From positions 1 to 64,000 of IMG/VR virus record IMGVR_UViG_3300033069_001745: a stretch of DNA of 64,000 bases, one strand, 5' to 3'. The number at the start of each line of letters is the position of its first letter. Within the stretch, counting starts at the first letter, position 1. The translations under genes were made by a program, and so were the position numbers. Source of the DNA: a virus. Lineage: Duplodnaviria; Caudoviricetes. The notes below the pieces were generated by a model. The model saw nothing but the letters and a program-made list of their open reading frames with translations, was not told where the DNA came from and made no database searches. Positions 56,627 to 64,000 of the stretch are shown here, piece by piece.

Positions 56627-57357
56627 CCACCATGCCGATCTCGGTGAACACCATCTCCGTGTTGAAGGAGACATCGGACCTGACGATGCCGGTGACGCCC
56701 CAGAGCGCCTTCATCATGCGCATCGGCGGCCGAGACATCCCGCTCGGGCTCGCCCGGGGGCACTGTGTGATCTGCAACCACCCGTGCCAGTCGGCCATCG
56801 AGTGGTCTCTGGTCCGACGCCGGTCGTTGCAGACCATCAACAAGATGTTGCCCGAGGGCACCGATCGCATCGACATGCCTCACGTGGTGAGTCACCTGCG
56901 GACGTGCATGCTCAGTCGAGACGGCTATGCCGCCCTGCGTCACTGGGTGGAGCGCGAGGCCGAGGGGTACGACACCCCCGGAGCCCGGGCGACGGATCTG
57001 CTCGACGATCTGCTGACATCGGCGGAGAACTTCATCGAGTCGGGGGCCATGGAGGCGAACATGAAGCCGAGCGATGCCATCGCCATCGTGAAGATGGCCA
57101 TGTCGCTCGATGAAGACGTGCAGGCGATCGGGGAGGAGACCTACACCGAAGCCTTTGCCACCTACCTCGATGCGGTGCGCGAGCACACCACCGAGGAACA
57201 GCAACGAGCCATCGCCCGGGCGCTGGCCACCAACCCGGTGCTCCGTAGGCTGGCAGGCCAGGAGAGCCACGACGTGATGGTGGTGGAAGCCACGGCGGAG
57301 CTGGTGGAGTCCACGGGCCGACGTTCCTCGTGGAACACCGAGGGGTACGAAGGATAG
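56623..57357 (+). CDS. Zn-binding HTH-like protein (possible terminase small subunit)
   Basis: HCVICNHPCQSAIE...HLRTC followed by a helical region. Confidence 0.55.
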   Translation: MTTMPISVNTISVLKETSDLTMPVTPQSAFIMRIGGRDIPLGLARGHCVICNHPCQSAIEWSLVRRRSLQTINKMLPEGTDRIDMPHVVSHLRTCMLSRDGYAALRHWVEREAEGYDTPGARATDLLDDLLTSAENFIESGAMEANMKPSDAIAIVKMAMSLDEDVQAIGEETYTEAFATYLDAVREHTTEEQQRAIARALATNPVLRRLAGQESHDVMVVEATAELVESTGRRSSWNTEGYEG

Positions 57358-57380
57358 AGAAATAATTTCTTCTGTAGGGG

Positions 57381-57410
57381 TTGACGAGGCTCTGTCAGGA
57401 AGCTTAGAGT
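57381..57410 (+). promoter_or_regulatory. Housekeeping-sigma promoter
   Basis: TTGACG-N18-TAGAGT. Confidence 0.6.
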
Positions 57411-57453
57411 TAGGACATCCACCAACCACCAACCCTTGACCGGAGTGTGTGCG

Positions 57454-58458
57454 ATGTTTCTTGCTGCCGAACCCGAACTGACCATCGATGACCTGCGGGC
57501 CATGCTCGGCTCCGAGGCGGTGACCACCGTCGTGCGGGCCAACGAGATCTACGTTGATCTCACCAATACGGGGACGATTTCGTTCCGTCGTGACAGCGAT
57601 TCCCGGACGATCGATGTGCCCGCCAACAGTACTTCGATCTCCCACCTGGCCGACATGCTCAACGTTCCCGGGAAGTTCCTCTCCCGTCAGGACTCGGGTC
57701 TTCAGGAGCTGATCCTGCGGGAGCTGATCGCCCGGCGCAACGAAGAGCTTCGGGTGGCCTACGTGCCCGACCAGGGGATCTCGTCGTTCCACGGGCTCAA
57801 CGATCTCGTGATCACCAACCTCCAGGTCGTCTCGACGGCTGGGAAGATCTTCCCCGGGGACGCGGAGATTGTGAACCTCTACGCCACCCCTGATCTGTTC
57901 ACCTTCGAGGTGGTTGCGTCCGACGTGATGCCCGAGGCTCGCCTGGGCGATCCCCAGATCGACGACATCACCAAGGCCGGGTTGCGCTTCGAGCTGGAGT
58001 CCAAGGGTGCACCCCGGGTGATGCCTTTCCAGTACCGCCCGGTGTGCACCAACGGCATGGTGACCCGCAAGGATGCCCATGCGCTCGATGCCCGGGGGCA
58101 GAGTGTGGATGAGGTGCTCGATGAGCTGGAGCGCCAGGCCCAGTTGGCCTTCGCCCGGGTGGAGCACGAGGTACAGGCATTCTATGACCTGCGCAACGTC
58201 CCGGTGGAGAACCCCGAGCGGGTGCTGGCTCGGGTGGCCAACGAGCACGGCTTGTCCAGCCTCATGCGGGTGCGTCTGATCGAGCGGGCGGCGGAGCTGG
58301 AGAGCCCCACCATGTTCGACGTGATCGGGCTCATCACCAACGCGGCCAACGATCCCCGAGTGAAGCCCGCCATGCGCCACCGGCTCCAGACGGTGGGCGG
58401 TGCGGTGGCTGTTGACTCGCATTCCCGGTGCGGCCACTGCTCGTCGCGGCTCAACTGA
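57454..58458 (+). CDS. DUF932-family protein
   Basis: YRPVCTNGMV motif; C-terminal RCGHC. Confidence 0.7.
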   Translation: MFLAAEPELTIDDLRAMLGSEAVTTVVRANEIYVDLTNTGTISFRRDSDSRTIDVPANSTSISHLADMLNVPGKFLSRQDSGLQELILRELIARRNEELRVAYVPDQGISSFHGLNDLVITNLQVVSTAGKIFPGDAEIVNLYATPDLFTFEVVASDVMPEARLGDPQIDDITKAGLRFELESKGAPRVMPFQYRPVCTNGMVTRKDAHALDARGQSVDEVLDELERQAQLAFARVEHEVQAFYDLRNVPVENPERVLARVANEHGLSSLMRVRLIERAAELESPTMFDVIGLITNAANDPRVKPAMRHRLQTVGGAVAVDSHSRCGHCSSRLN

Positions 58459-58498
58459 TCGCCGCTAGGAACTGCACGGATCGAGGTACGCTCGGTCC

Positions 58499-58906
58499 GT
58501 GCAGTTTCGCGTTTTGGGTCGAACCGAAGATGGGCAAGATGAAGAGATTTCCCTTTCGCCTGGACAAGCCAACCATTGGGCTCGCACGGCGTTAGTAGTG
58601 GCCTTTCCCATGTTGCGAGACTTTCGGGTTGTTGCTGATGCTCCCGGGGAACCGGAGATGGCCCGGGGCGGCGTGGGAGACTTCGTGGTCTTGAACGACG
58701 GGACCCCGTGGGTGCAGCCCGGGCCAGCCTTCCGGGCGATGCATGTGCCCATCCCGGTGCGCTCATCTGATGACATCATGCGGCTGCGGGAGACGCTGCG
58801 GCGCATCCTGATGCAACGCATCGAGTTCGACGAGGACGACGGAGCCGAAGAGCTTGTGGACGTTCTCCTGACCACGATCGCGACTGTGGAGGTAGCACCA
58901 GCATGA
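58499..58906 (+). CDS. Hypothetical protein
   Basis: 135 aa; GAGG RBS. Confidence 0.6.
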   Translation: MQFRVLGRTEDGQDEEISLSPGQANHWARTALVVAFPMLRDFRVVADAPGEPEMARGGVGDFVVLNDGTPWVQPGPAFRAMHVPIPVRSSDDIMRLRETLRRILMQRIEFDEDDGAEELVDVLLTTIATVEVAPA

Positions 58907-59352
58907 GTGGACTCATCTTGCCCCCGGGAGCCCGTAAGGAAGAGCAGGGCGGGGTGGACTCCAGCATCGACCTCTACGACAGCGACATCCTGCGCATCGA
59001 GAAGGTGCTTGATCGGCTCAACGCCGAGGATGTTGGCAAGCCGCGAGACATCGAAAGCCTCATGAAGAAGATCATCGATCTCTTTCACGACATCGGGCTA
59101 CGGGTGGACGTGAGCGTCTGGACTGCGGCGGACAACCGAGGCCAAGAGGTGGAGGGAACCTACATTCCGTCCATCACCATCAATGGCCGTGTTGATTCAG
59201 ATCATCAATTCGATTATGACCGCATGGTGCATGAAGTAACCAATGACATCTTAGAATTGGGTCACGACGGGATTATCAATACGAAGACGATGAGCCAGGA
59301 GACCAAGGATCTACTGGCGGCCCACGGTGGCGGCCGTTGTACCTGCCACTGA
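58903..59352 (+). CDS. Hypothetical protein
   Basis: 149 aa; ATGA overlap. Confidence 0.65.
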   Translation: MSGLILPPGARKEEQGGVDSSIDLYDSDILRIEKVLDRLNAEDVGKPRDIESLMKKIIDLFHDIGLRVDVSVWTAADNRGQEVEGTYIPSITINGRVDSDHQFDYDRMVHEVTNDILELGHDGIINTKTMSQETKDLLAAHGGGRCTCH

Positions 59353-59361
59353 TGGCGGTCT

Positions 59362-61413
59362 ATGCTCCCCGACCCAAAGATCCTGCTGCCTGACGACCCG
59401 CCGGACATCATCGAATTCGCTACTTCACCGAGATATCTCGGGCGCAAGATTTACCCACGTCAAGCCACGCTTCTGAAGGCGATATTCCTTCAGAGCGAAT
59501 TGTTCACTTCATACGACATGGCGGTGCTCGAAGAGTGGGCCACGATGGAGTTCCGGCTTCCACCGAAGGAAGGTTGGGACGTCGAGAAGCCCTACCGCTT
59601 CGTCGGGATGGCGGGTATCCAACCCGACATCTTGGAGCGCGTCGACATCAACCGGGCCGACGGGCGCAAGTGGTTCCGTGAGGTTCTGGCGGTGATCGGG
59701 CGTCGCGGCGGGAAGGGTTACATCGGGGCAATCTCCGGGGCCTACGTGATGTGGCACTATCTCTGCCACGTTGACCCGCAGGAGCACTATTCGATCGCCA
59801 AGGACAAGCGCTTGGCCGCCCTGGTGTTCGCCGGGAAGAAGCTCCAGGCGGTGCAGAACCAATGGCGTGACCTCGTGAACGTGATCATCGCCGCCCCGTG
59901 CTTCCAGCCCTTCATCTCCCAGTCGCTCGGGGAGAGCCTCACCGTGCACTCGAAGGTATCCCTCGGGCGCCGGGAAGAGTTGGCCGCCCAGGGTGTGCAT
60001 ACCTCGATGGACCTAGCCAGCTTCGAGGTGCTCCCCAAAGAAGCGACAACCATGGCTGGCCGCGGCCCTGCGGCCTATTTACTTTTCTTCGATGAAATGG
60101 CTCACGTAATTGCTACGGGTGCCTCTCGCTCGGCCGAAGAGCTATACACCACCGCAACTCCGGCACTAGATCAGTTCGGGGTAGACGGCTTTATCTACGC
60201 CGGTTCTTCACCCTGGCAGATGATCGGGCAGTTCTATGATCTGTGCCAGGACGCTTTGCAGGTTGAGTTGGATACGTTGGAGCCGGTATACCCGGAGAAA
60301 TTACTCGTCCAGCTTACGTCTTGGGACATTTACAAAGATTATGAGCGGGCACACAAGATCATGCGAGTCCCGGGGACCGACAAGGCGTACACATTCCTGG
60401 CGCGACACGACCCGTCTCCGAAGACCAACATCTCGTTGGCCCATCACTATGTGTTCAATGCCGAGTTGGAGCCGGTGCGGGCCAAGGCGTTCGACCCCAT
60501 CGATCGCCCCATCCAGGCGTACGACGACCAGATGAAGCGGCTGGAGCGGGCGAACCCCGATACCTTCGCAGTGGAGCGCCGGTCACGCTGGGCATCGGTC
60601 CTCGACACCTACCTCAACGCCGACCTCGTGGATCGGATGTTCGAGCCCTACGACGGGTTCAACCTGCGGATGCAGGACAAGGGCGTCTTGGCCAACACCT
60701 ACGTGGCCCACGGGGACCCGAGCTACTCCAACGCCAACTTCGGCTGGGCCATCGCCCACCGAGTGGGCCCGGACGCCGATGGGCTCTACCACGTGGTGTT
60801 CGACAAAGTGCACTTCTGGGCCCCGTGGAGCTTCGACGATGGTCGGGTCGACTACATCCAGATCGAGAAAGAGATCGTGACAGACCTGATCAACTTCGTT
60901 CCGTCCATAGTGACGTTCGACCAGTTCTCCTCGGGTCCGATCATGGCCCAGATACGTCAAGAGGTACACAAGCGCAACTTGCCAAAGCGTGTAACGATTG
61001 ATGAGCGCACGGCAACTGCCCCGCAGAACTGGGCGGTGGCGGAGTGCTTTAAGACTGCACTAGGTATGAATTTGATCCACTCTCCATACCAGGAGCAATT
61101 GGAATTGGAGTGCAAATTCCTCCAACGGAAATCGAATCGGGTTGATCACCCAACGATGGGGCCAGTGCAAACGAAAGACGTCTTCGACGCGGTCTCCAAC
61201 TGCGTGTTCACCCTGATCGGACAGCAGATGGAGGCGTTCATGGAGGGGTTCCGGGGCGTGGGCATCCATGCGGTGGCTCAGTCGCTTGATGGTTCGTCGG
61301 CCATGATGGATCACGACCGCGAGATACATCAGAGGCTGTCGTCGTCGCTGAGGCGCACCCAAGGGTTGTACGGCGGGGCCAGCCCAACCCGCCGGAGCGG
61401 GTGGAGGCCATGA
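59362..61413 (+). CDS. terL: Terminase large subunit
   Basis: IGRRGGKG Walker A; LFFDEMAH Walker B; AHGDPS and TFDQF nuclease motifs; TKDVFDAV. Confidence 0.88.
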   Translation: MLPDPKILLPDDPPDIIEFATSPRYLGRKIYPRQATLLKAIFLQSELFTSYDMAVLEEWATMEFRLPPKEGWDVEKPYRFVGMAGIQPDILERVDINRADGRKWFREVLAVIGRRGGKGYIGAISGAYVMWHYLCHVDPQEHYSIAKDKRLAALVFAGKKLQAVQNQWRDLVNVIIAAPCFQPFISQSLGESLTVHSKVSLGRREELAAQGVHTSMDLASFEVLPKEATTMAGRGPAAYLLFFDEMAHVIATGASRSAEELYTTATPALDQFGVDGFIYAGSSPWQMIGQFYDLCQDALQVELDTLEPVYPEKLLVQLTSWDIYKDYERAHKIMRVPGTDKAYTFLARHDPSPKTNISLAHHYVFNAELEPVRAKAFDPIDRPIQAYDDQMKRLERANPDTFAVERRSRWASVLDTYLNADLVDRMFEPYDGFNLRMQDKGVLANTYVAHGDPSYSNANFGWAIAHRVGPDADGLYHVVFDKVHFWAPWSFDDGRVDYIQIEKEIVTDLINFVPSIVTFDQFSSGPIMAQIRQEVHKRNLPKRVTIDERTATAPQNWAVAECFKTALGMNLIHSPYQEQLELECKFLQRKSNRVDHPTMGPVQTKDVFDAVSNCVFTLIGQQMEAFMEGFRGVGIHAVAQSLDGSSAMMDHDREIHQRLSSSLRRTQGLYGGASPTRRSGWRP

Positions 61414-61676
61414 GCAGCAGCAACGGTGGCAGCGAGATGTCGGTGGTGCAGTCGTGGCACCACATCGACCATGCGCTCTTGGAAGAGGGCCCGCTGGCCA
61501 ATTGCGTGCTGGAGATCCCGGCAACCCTGCCCTTGCATCTAGTGGTCTCGTGGCGGGGCCAGGAGAGCAACAAGCTGAGCGACTCGATCTACCGCCGGGT
61601 GGATGTGGGTAAGTATGCGTCGCGCAACGACCATGGCCAGGTGCGCTACCAGTATCAGCAGGACGTACCTCGCTGA
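61410..61676 (+). CDS. Hypothetical protein
   Basis: GGAGG RBS; 88 aa. Confidence 0.55.
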   Translation: MSSSNGGSEMSVVQSWHHIDHALLEEGPLANCVLEIPATLPLHLVVSWRGQESNKLSDSIYRRVDVGKYASRNDHGQVRYQYQQDVPR

Positions 61677-61728
61677 CCTGGCGCTTCCCCAAGCAAGCTT
61701 GCTAGAGTCGCCTAAGTAAGCTTGGTGT

Positions 61729-62076
61729 GTGGAGGATGCAGTGCCCCCGGGACAGACCGTACGACCTCGGCCGAAGTGTGAACGATGCGGTCACCCGTTG
61801 TCGTTTCACCCCACCCAGGGCCCGGACGCGAGCTGTCAGGCCGTCGGGTGCTCGTGTGCCTCCTACCAGGGCTGGACCTGGACGTGGGCCAAGACAGCGC
61901 CCCTCGACGAGGCGCTGACCCGACTGGGGCTACTCCGCCTCAACGAACTGGAGCAAGTTGCCCCGAAGCGGTTCCTGCACGAGGTGCCTACCCGGGAGCT
62001 GCACACCGAGTCCAAGGCCGAGACGATGGAGTGGCGCATCGACCGCCAGTGGTTGGATCGTCAGGCCAGGCCGTGA
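61729..62076 (+). CDS. Hypothetical Cys/His-rich protein
   Basis: CERCGH...H...C..GCSC. Confidence 0.6.
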   Translation: MEDAVPPGQTVRPRPKCERCGHPLSFHPTQGPDASCQAVGCSCASYQGWTWTWAKTAPLDEALTRLGLLRLNELEQVAPKRFLHEVPTRELHTESKAETMEWRIDRQWLDRQARP

Positions 62077-62636
62077 GTGACGTTCCTCTCGAACCCACTT
62101 ACGCCTGGATCGCTCTGTGCACCACGGGAGACAACCCCCGGCTCGACCATGTACTCGAAGTGGCCGCCGTGCTCACCGGTCCCGATCTGGTCGCTATCAA
62201 GTCGCTCGCCCTGGTGGTGAACCCCGAGCTTGGTCGACACGGAGCGCACTGGGAGGATCGCTTGGGCCCCGAGCGCAAGCACCGCTTCTCACGCTCGGGG
62301 CTGTTGCGCGAGGTGTCTTACGGTTCCTCGCCCGCCTACATCGATGAGGCGTTCGCTTCCCTCCTGGTTGGCGGGAAATTTATTTGTGCTGGGTACGAGC
62401 CCCAGATGATCTACGCCTTCGCTCGGGAGCAGATGTCTGGGCTGGCGAGCAAGCTTCAGCACCGCTTCTGCGATCTCTCGTCCATGCGGGTGTTCATCGG
62501 TGATCTCGTGCAACGAGAGGACCTTCTGGCGGACTTCGGGGAACGTCCGGGTCGAGCTATGCTCGCTGTCCAGGATGCATTGAGCGAAGCTCGCATCTAT
62601 GCGAGCTATCTTGCTGCGGTGCCCTTGGGGGAATGA
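62073..62636 (+). CDS. Oligoribonuclease (Orn/DEDDh)-fold protein with substituted catalytic residues
   Basis: WIALCTTG..P..D.VLEVAAVLT..DL; SGLL..V; M..L...LQHRFCDLSS, colinear with Orn as recalled. Confidence 0.75.
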   Translation: MSDVPLEPTYAWIALCTTGDNPRLDHVLEVAAVLTGPDLVAIKSLALVVNPELGRHGAHWEDRLGPERKHRFSRSGLLREVSYGSSPAYIDEAFASLLVGGKFICAGYEPQMIYAFAREQMSGLASKLQHRFCDLSSMRVFIGDLVQREDLLADFGERPGRAMLAVQDALSEARIYASYLAAVPLGE

Positions 62637-62765
62637 GCTACCAAGGTACTCTGGGACAGTTCATGAGATTGCACGAGATATCTATCTCGCCAATCCACCA
62701 CTGCACTCTTTGCCCGAGGTATTGTCTCGCCCGACAAGGTTGAGGGGTGAAGGAGGACCAGCGTC

Positions 62766-63077
62766 GTGTTTGACGTTGAGGCACAGCAGTCATGGTTCCA
62801 TCAGAGCGCGTGTCGGGAGGTGGAAACGGACGTGTTCTTCCCGACATCAACGGGGCCGATGTCGAGCAGACGAGCCAAGGCGATCTGTGCTACGTGCGGG
62901 GTGCGAGTCGAGTGCCTGGTCTTCGCCCTGCGCCACCGCGAGGTGGAAGGCATCTGGGGTGGATTGACCGAGCGGGAGCGACGTTCGGTCATGCGCCGGG
63001 CAGGTGGCGCTTCGGTGGTGCGTCAAGAGGATCGTCACGTGGTCATCGAGCGCATCCGAATGATTGCCAGGGACTAG
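62766..63077 (+). CDS. whiB: WhiB-family transcriptional regulator
   Basis: SAC...D.FFP...AKAICATC.VR.EC..FAL....GIWGGLTERER. Confidence 0.92.
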   Translation: MFDVEAQQSWFHQSACREVETDVFFPTSTGPMSSRRAKAICATCGVRVECLVFALRHREVEGIWGGLTERERRSVMRRAGGASVVRQEDRHVVIERIRMIARD

Positions 63078-63649
63078 TACCCCAGGAGCTGCCGTGCCTT
63101 GGGATCTCGGTAGCGGCTCGGCACGGGCCCGCTCTGGTCCTGGTACTTGGACCGGAGTCGGGCATCGCCGTAGGCAACGACTGCCGGGCCGGTGAGCTGG
63201 ATGAAGGCGATCTGTGCAATCGACATCCCGGCATAGAGCCGGATCGGCCGGGGAGCACAGTTGTACATCTCCAAGGTGATCCGGCCGCTGAAACCGGGGT
63301 CGATGAAGCCTGCGGTGGCGTGCACCAGGAGCCCGAGCCGGGCCAGGCTGCTCTTGCCCTCCAGGCGGGCCGCGATGGTGTCACCGACAGTGATCTTCTC
63401 GGCAGTGGTCCCGAGCACGAAGCGGCCCGGGGCAATCACCATCACGTCAGCGTCATAAGCCACGTACTCCTCGATGCCGGGTACCCCCTCGATGGGGTCG
63501 ACTGGCTCGGTGAAGCGCGTGTCGTACTCCATGAAGCTGCCCCCGAGGGTCAGATCAATCGAAGCAGGCTGGACCCGGGTGATGTCGAGCGGATCGATAT
63601 AGATGCTGCCCATATTGATCTTGTTGAGTATTTCATTGTCGTGGAGCAT
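63074..63649 (-). CDS. dcd: dCTP deaminase
   Basis: VQPASIDLTL; EGKSSLARLGL.VH.TAGFIDPGFSG.ITLE; IAQIAF; SKYQ. Confidence 0.92.
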   Translation of the reverse strand: MLHDNEILNKINMGSIYIDPLDITRVQPASIDLTLGGSFMEYDTRFTEPVDPIEGVPGIEEYVAYDADVMVIAPGRFVLGTTAEKITVGDTIAARLEGKSSLARLGLLVHATAGFIDPGFSGRITLEMYNCAPRPIRLYAGMSIAQIAFIQLTGPAVVAYGDARLRSKYQDQSGPVPSRYRDPKARQLLGY

Positions 63650-63720
63650 TGCCGCATGTTACCGGATGTTGTGAGCCATGCTGGGGTAACCTGGCGAGAC
63701 CGCCGAGGGAGGGGTTCAGC

Positions 63721-64000
63721 ATGGAAGATGACGAGATCAAGGCACTGATCGCCGCGGCTATCCGGGACCACGAAACCCGTTTCTCGCACCCGGTGATCAT
63801 GACCAATGTCGACCCCAGCGGGCGCTTCCGGGTCTCGGTCGATTACACCGACGTGACCCCCGCCCCGACACCTGATCCCGGCCCCGATCCCGAGCCCACT
63901 CCTGATCCCACTCCTGATCCCGAGCCCGAGCCAACGCCCGATCCGGAACCCACGCCCGATCCGACTCCTGATCCTATCCCGGAACCCGTTCCGGCGATCA
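63721..64000 (+). CDS. 5' part of a protein with Pro-Thr-Pro-Asp/Glu linker repeats, truncated by the window end
   Basis: MEDDEIKAL...PTPDPGPDPEPTPDPTPDPEPEPTPDP; GGAGG upstream. Confidence 0.65.
   Translation, partial: MEDDEIKALIAAAIRDHETRFSHPVIMTNVDPSGRFRVSVDYTDVTPAPTPDPGPDPEPTPDPTPDPEPEPTPDPEPTPDPTPDPIPEPVPAI

Noticed and set aside
59362-61413. Intein in the terminase
   Set aside because: No Cys/Ser...HN block and no low-GC insert; the length fits an uninterrupted TerL
1-64000. tRNA, rRNA or integrase genes
   Set aside because: No cloverleaf or T-loop pattern was noticed in the intergenic gaps and no recombinase motifs were seen; a tRNAscan run would be needed to exclude tRNAs formally

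Overview
The whole window is part of a large, GC-rich tailed phage genome with a contractile tail. Its gene set (WhiB, DnaE, RecA, RuvC, DnaB/DnaC, sheath, baseplate) resembles actinobacterial myoviruses such as Bxz1; that relationship is inferred from gene content, not from a search. Layout: 1-2.2 kb, a leftward cluster of small membrane genes and a LysM/Rpf-like transglycosylase; 2.4-28.2 kb, an M15 peptidase followed by the tail module (sheath, tube, frameshifted chaperone, tape measure, hub, gp25-like, baseplate J with an intein, and a ~3290-aa baseplate protein carrying many enzyme domains); 28.2-33 kb, a SNF2 helicase and a noncoding control region with DnaA-like boxes, hairpins and an iteron-like array; 33-58.5 kb, the replication/recombination module (DinG, flap exonuclease, DnaC-like, DnaB, primase, J-domain protein, SSB, split DnaE with an intein, RecA, resolvases, Cas4-like exonuclease, sigma-like protein, DUF932); 58.5-64 kb, terminase large subunit, an apparently catalytically dead oligoribonuclease, WhiB and dcd. 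The main leads are the multi-enzyme baseplate protein with a beta-helix nested inside a lipase, an intein in a structural gene, the dead Orn homologue, a helically phased GCTGA array before ssb, and candidate origin elements. All family assignments come from motif recognition by eye; no database searches were run.
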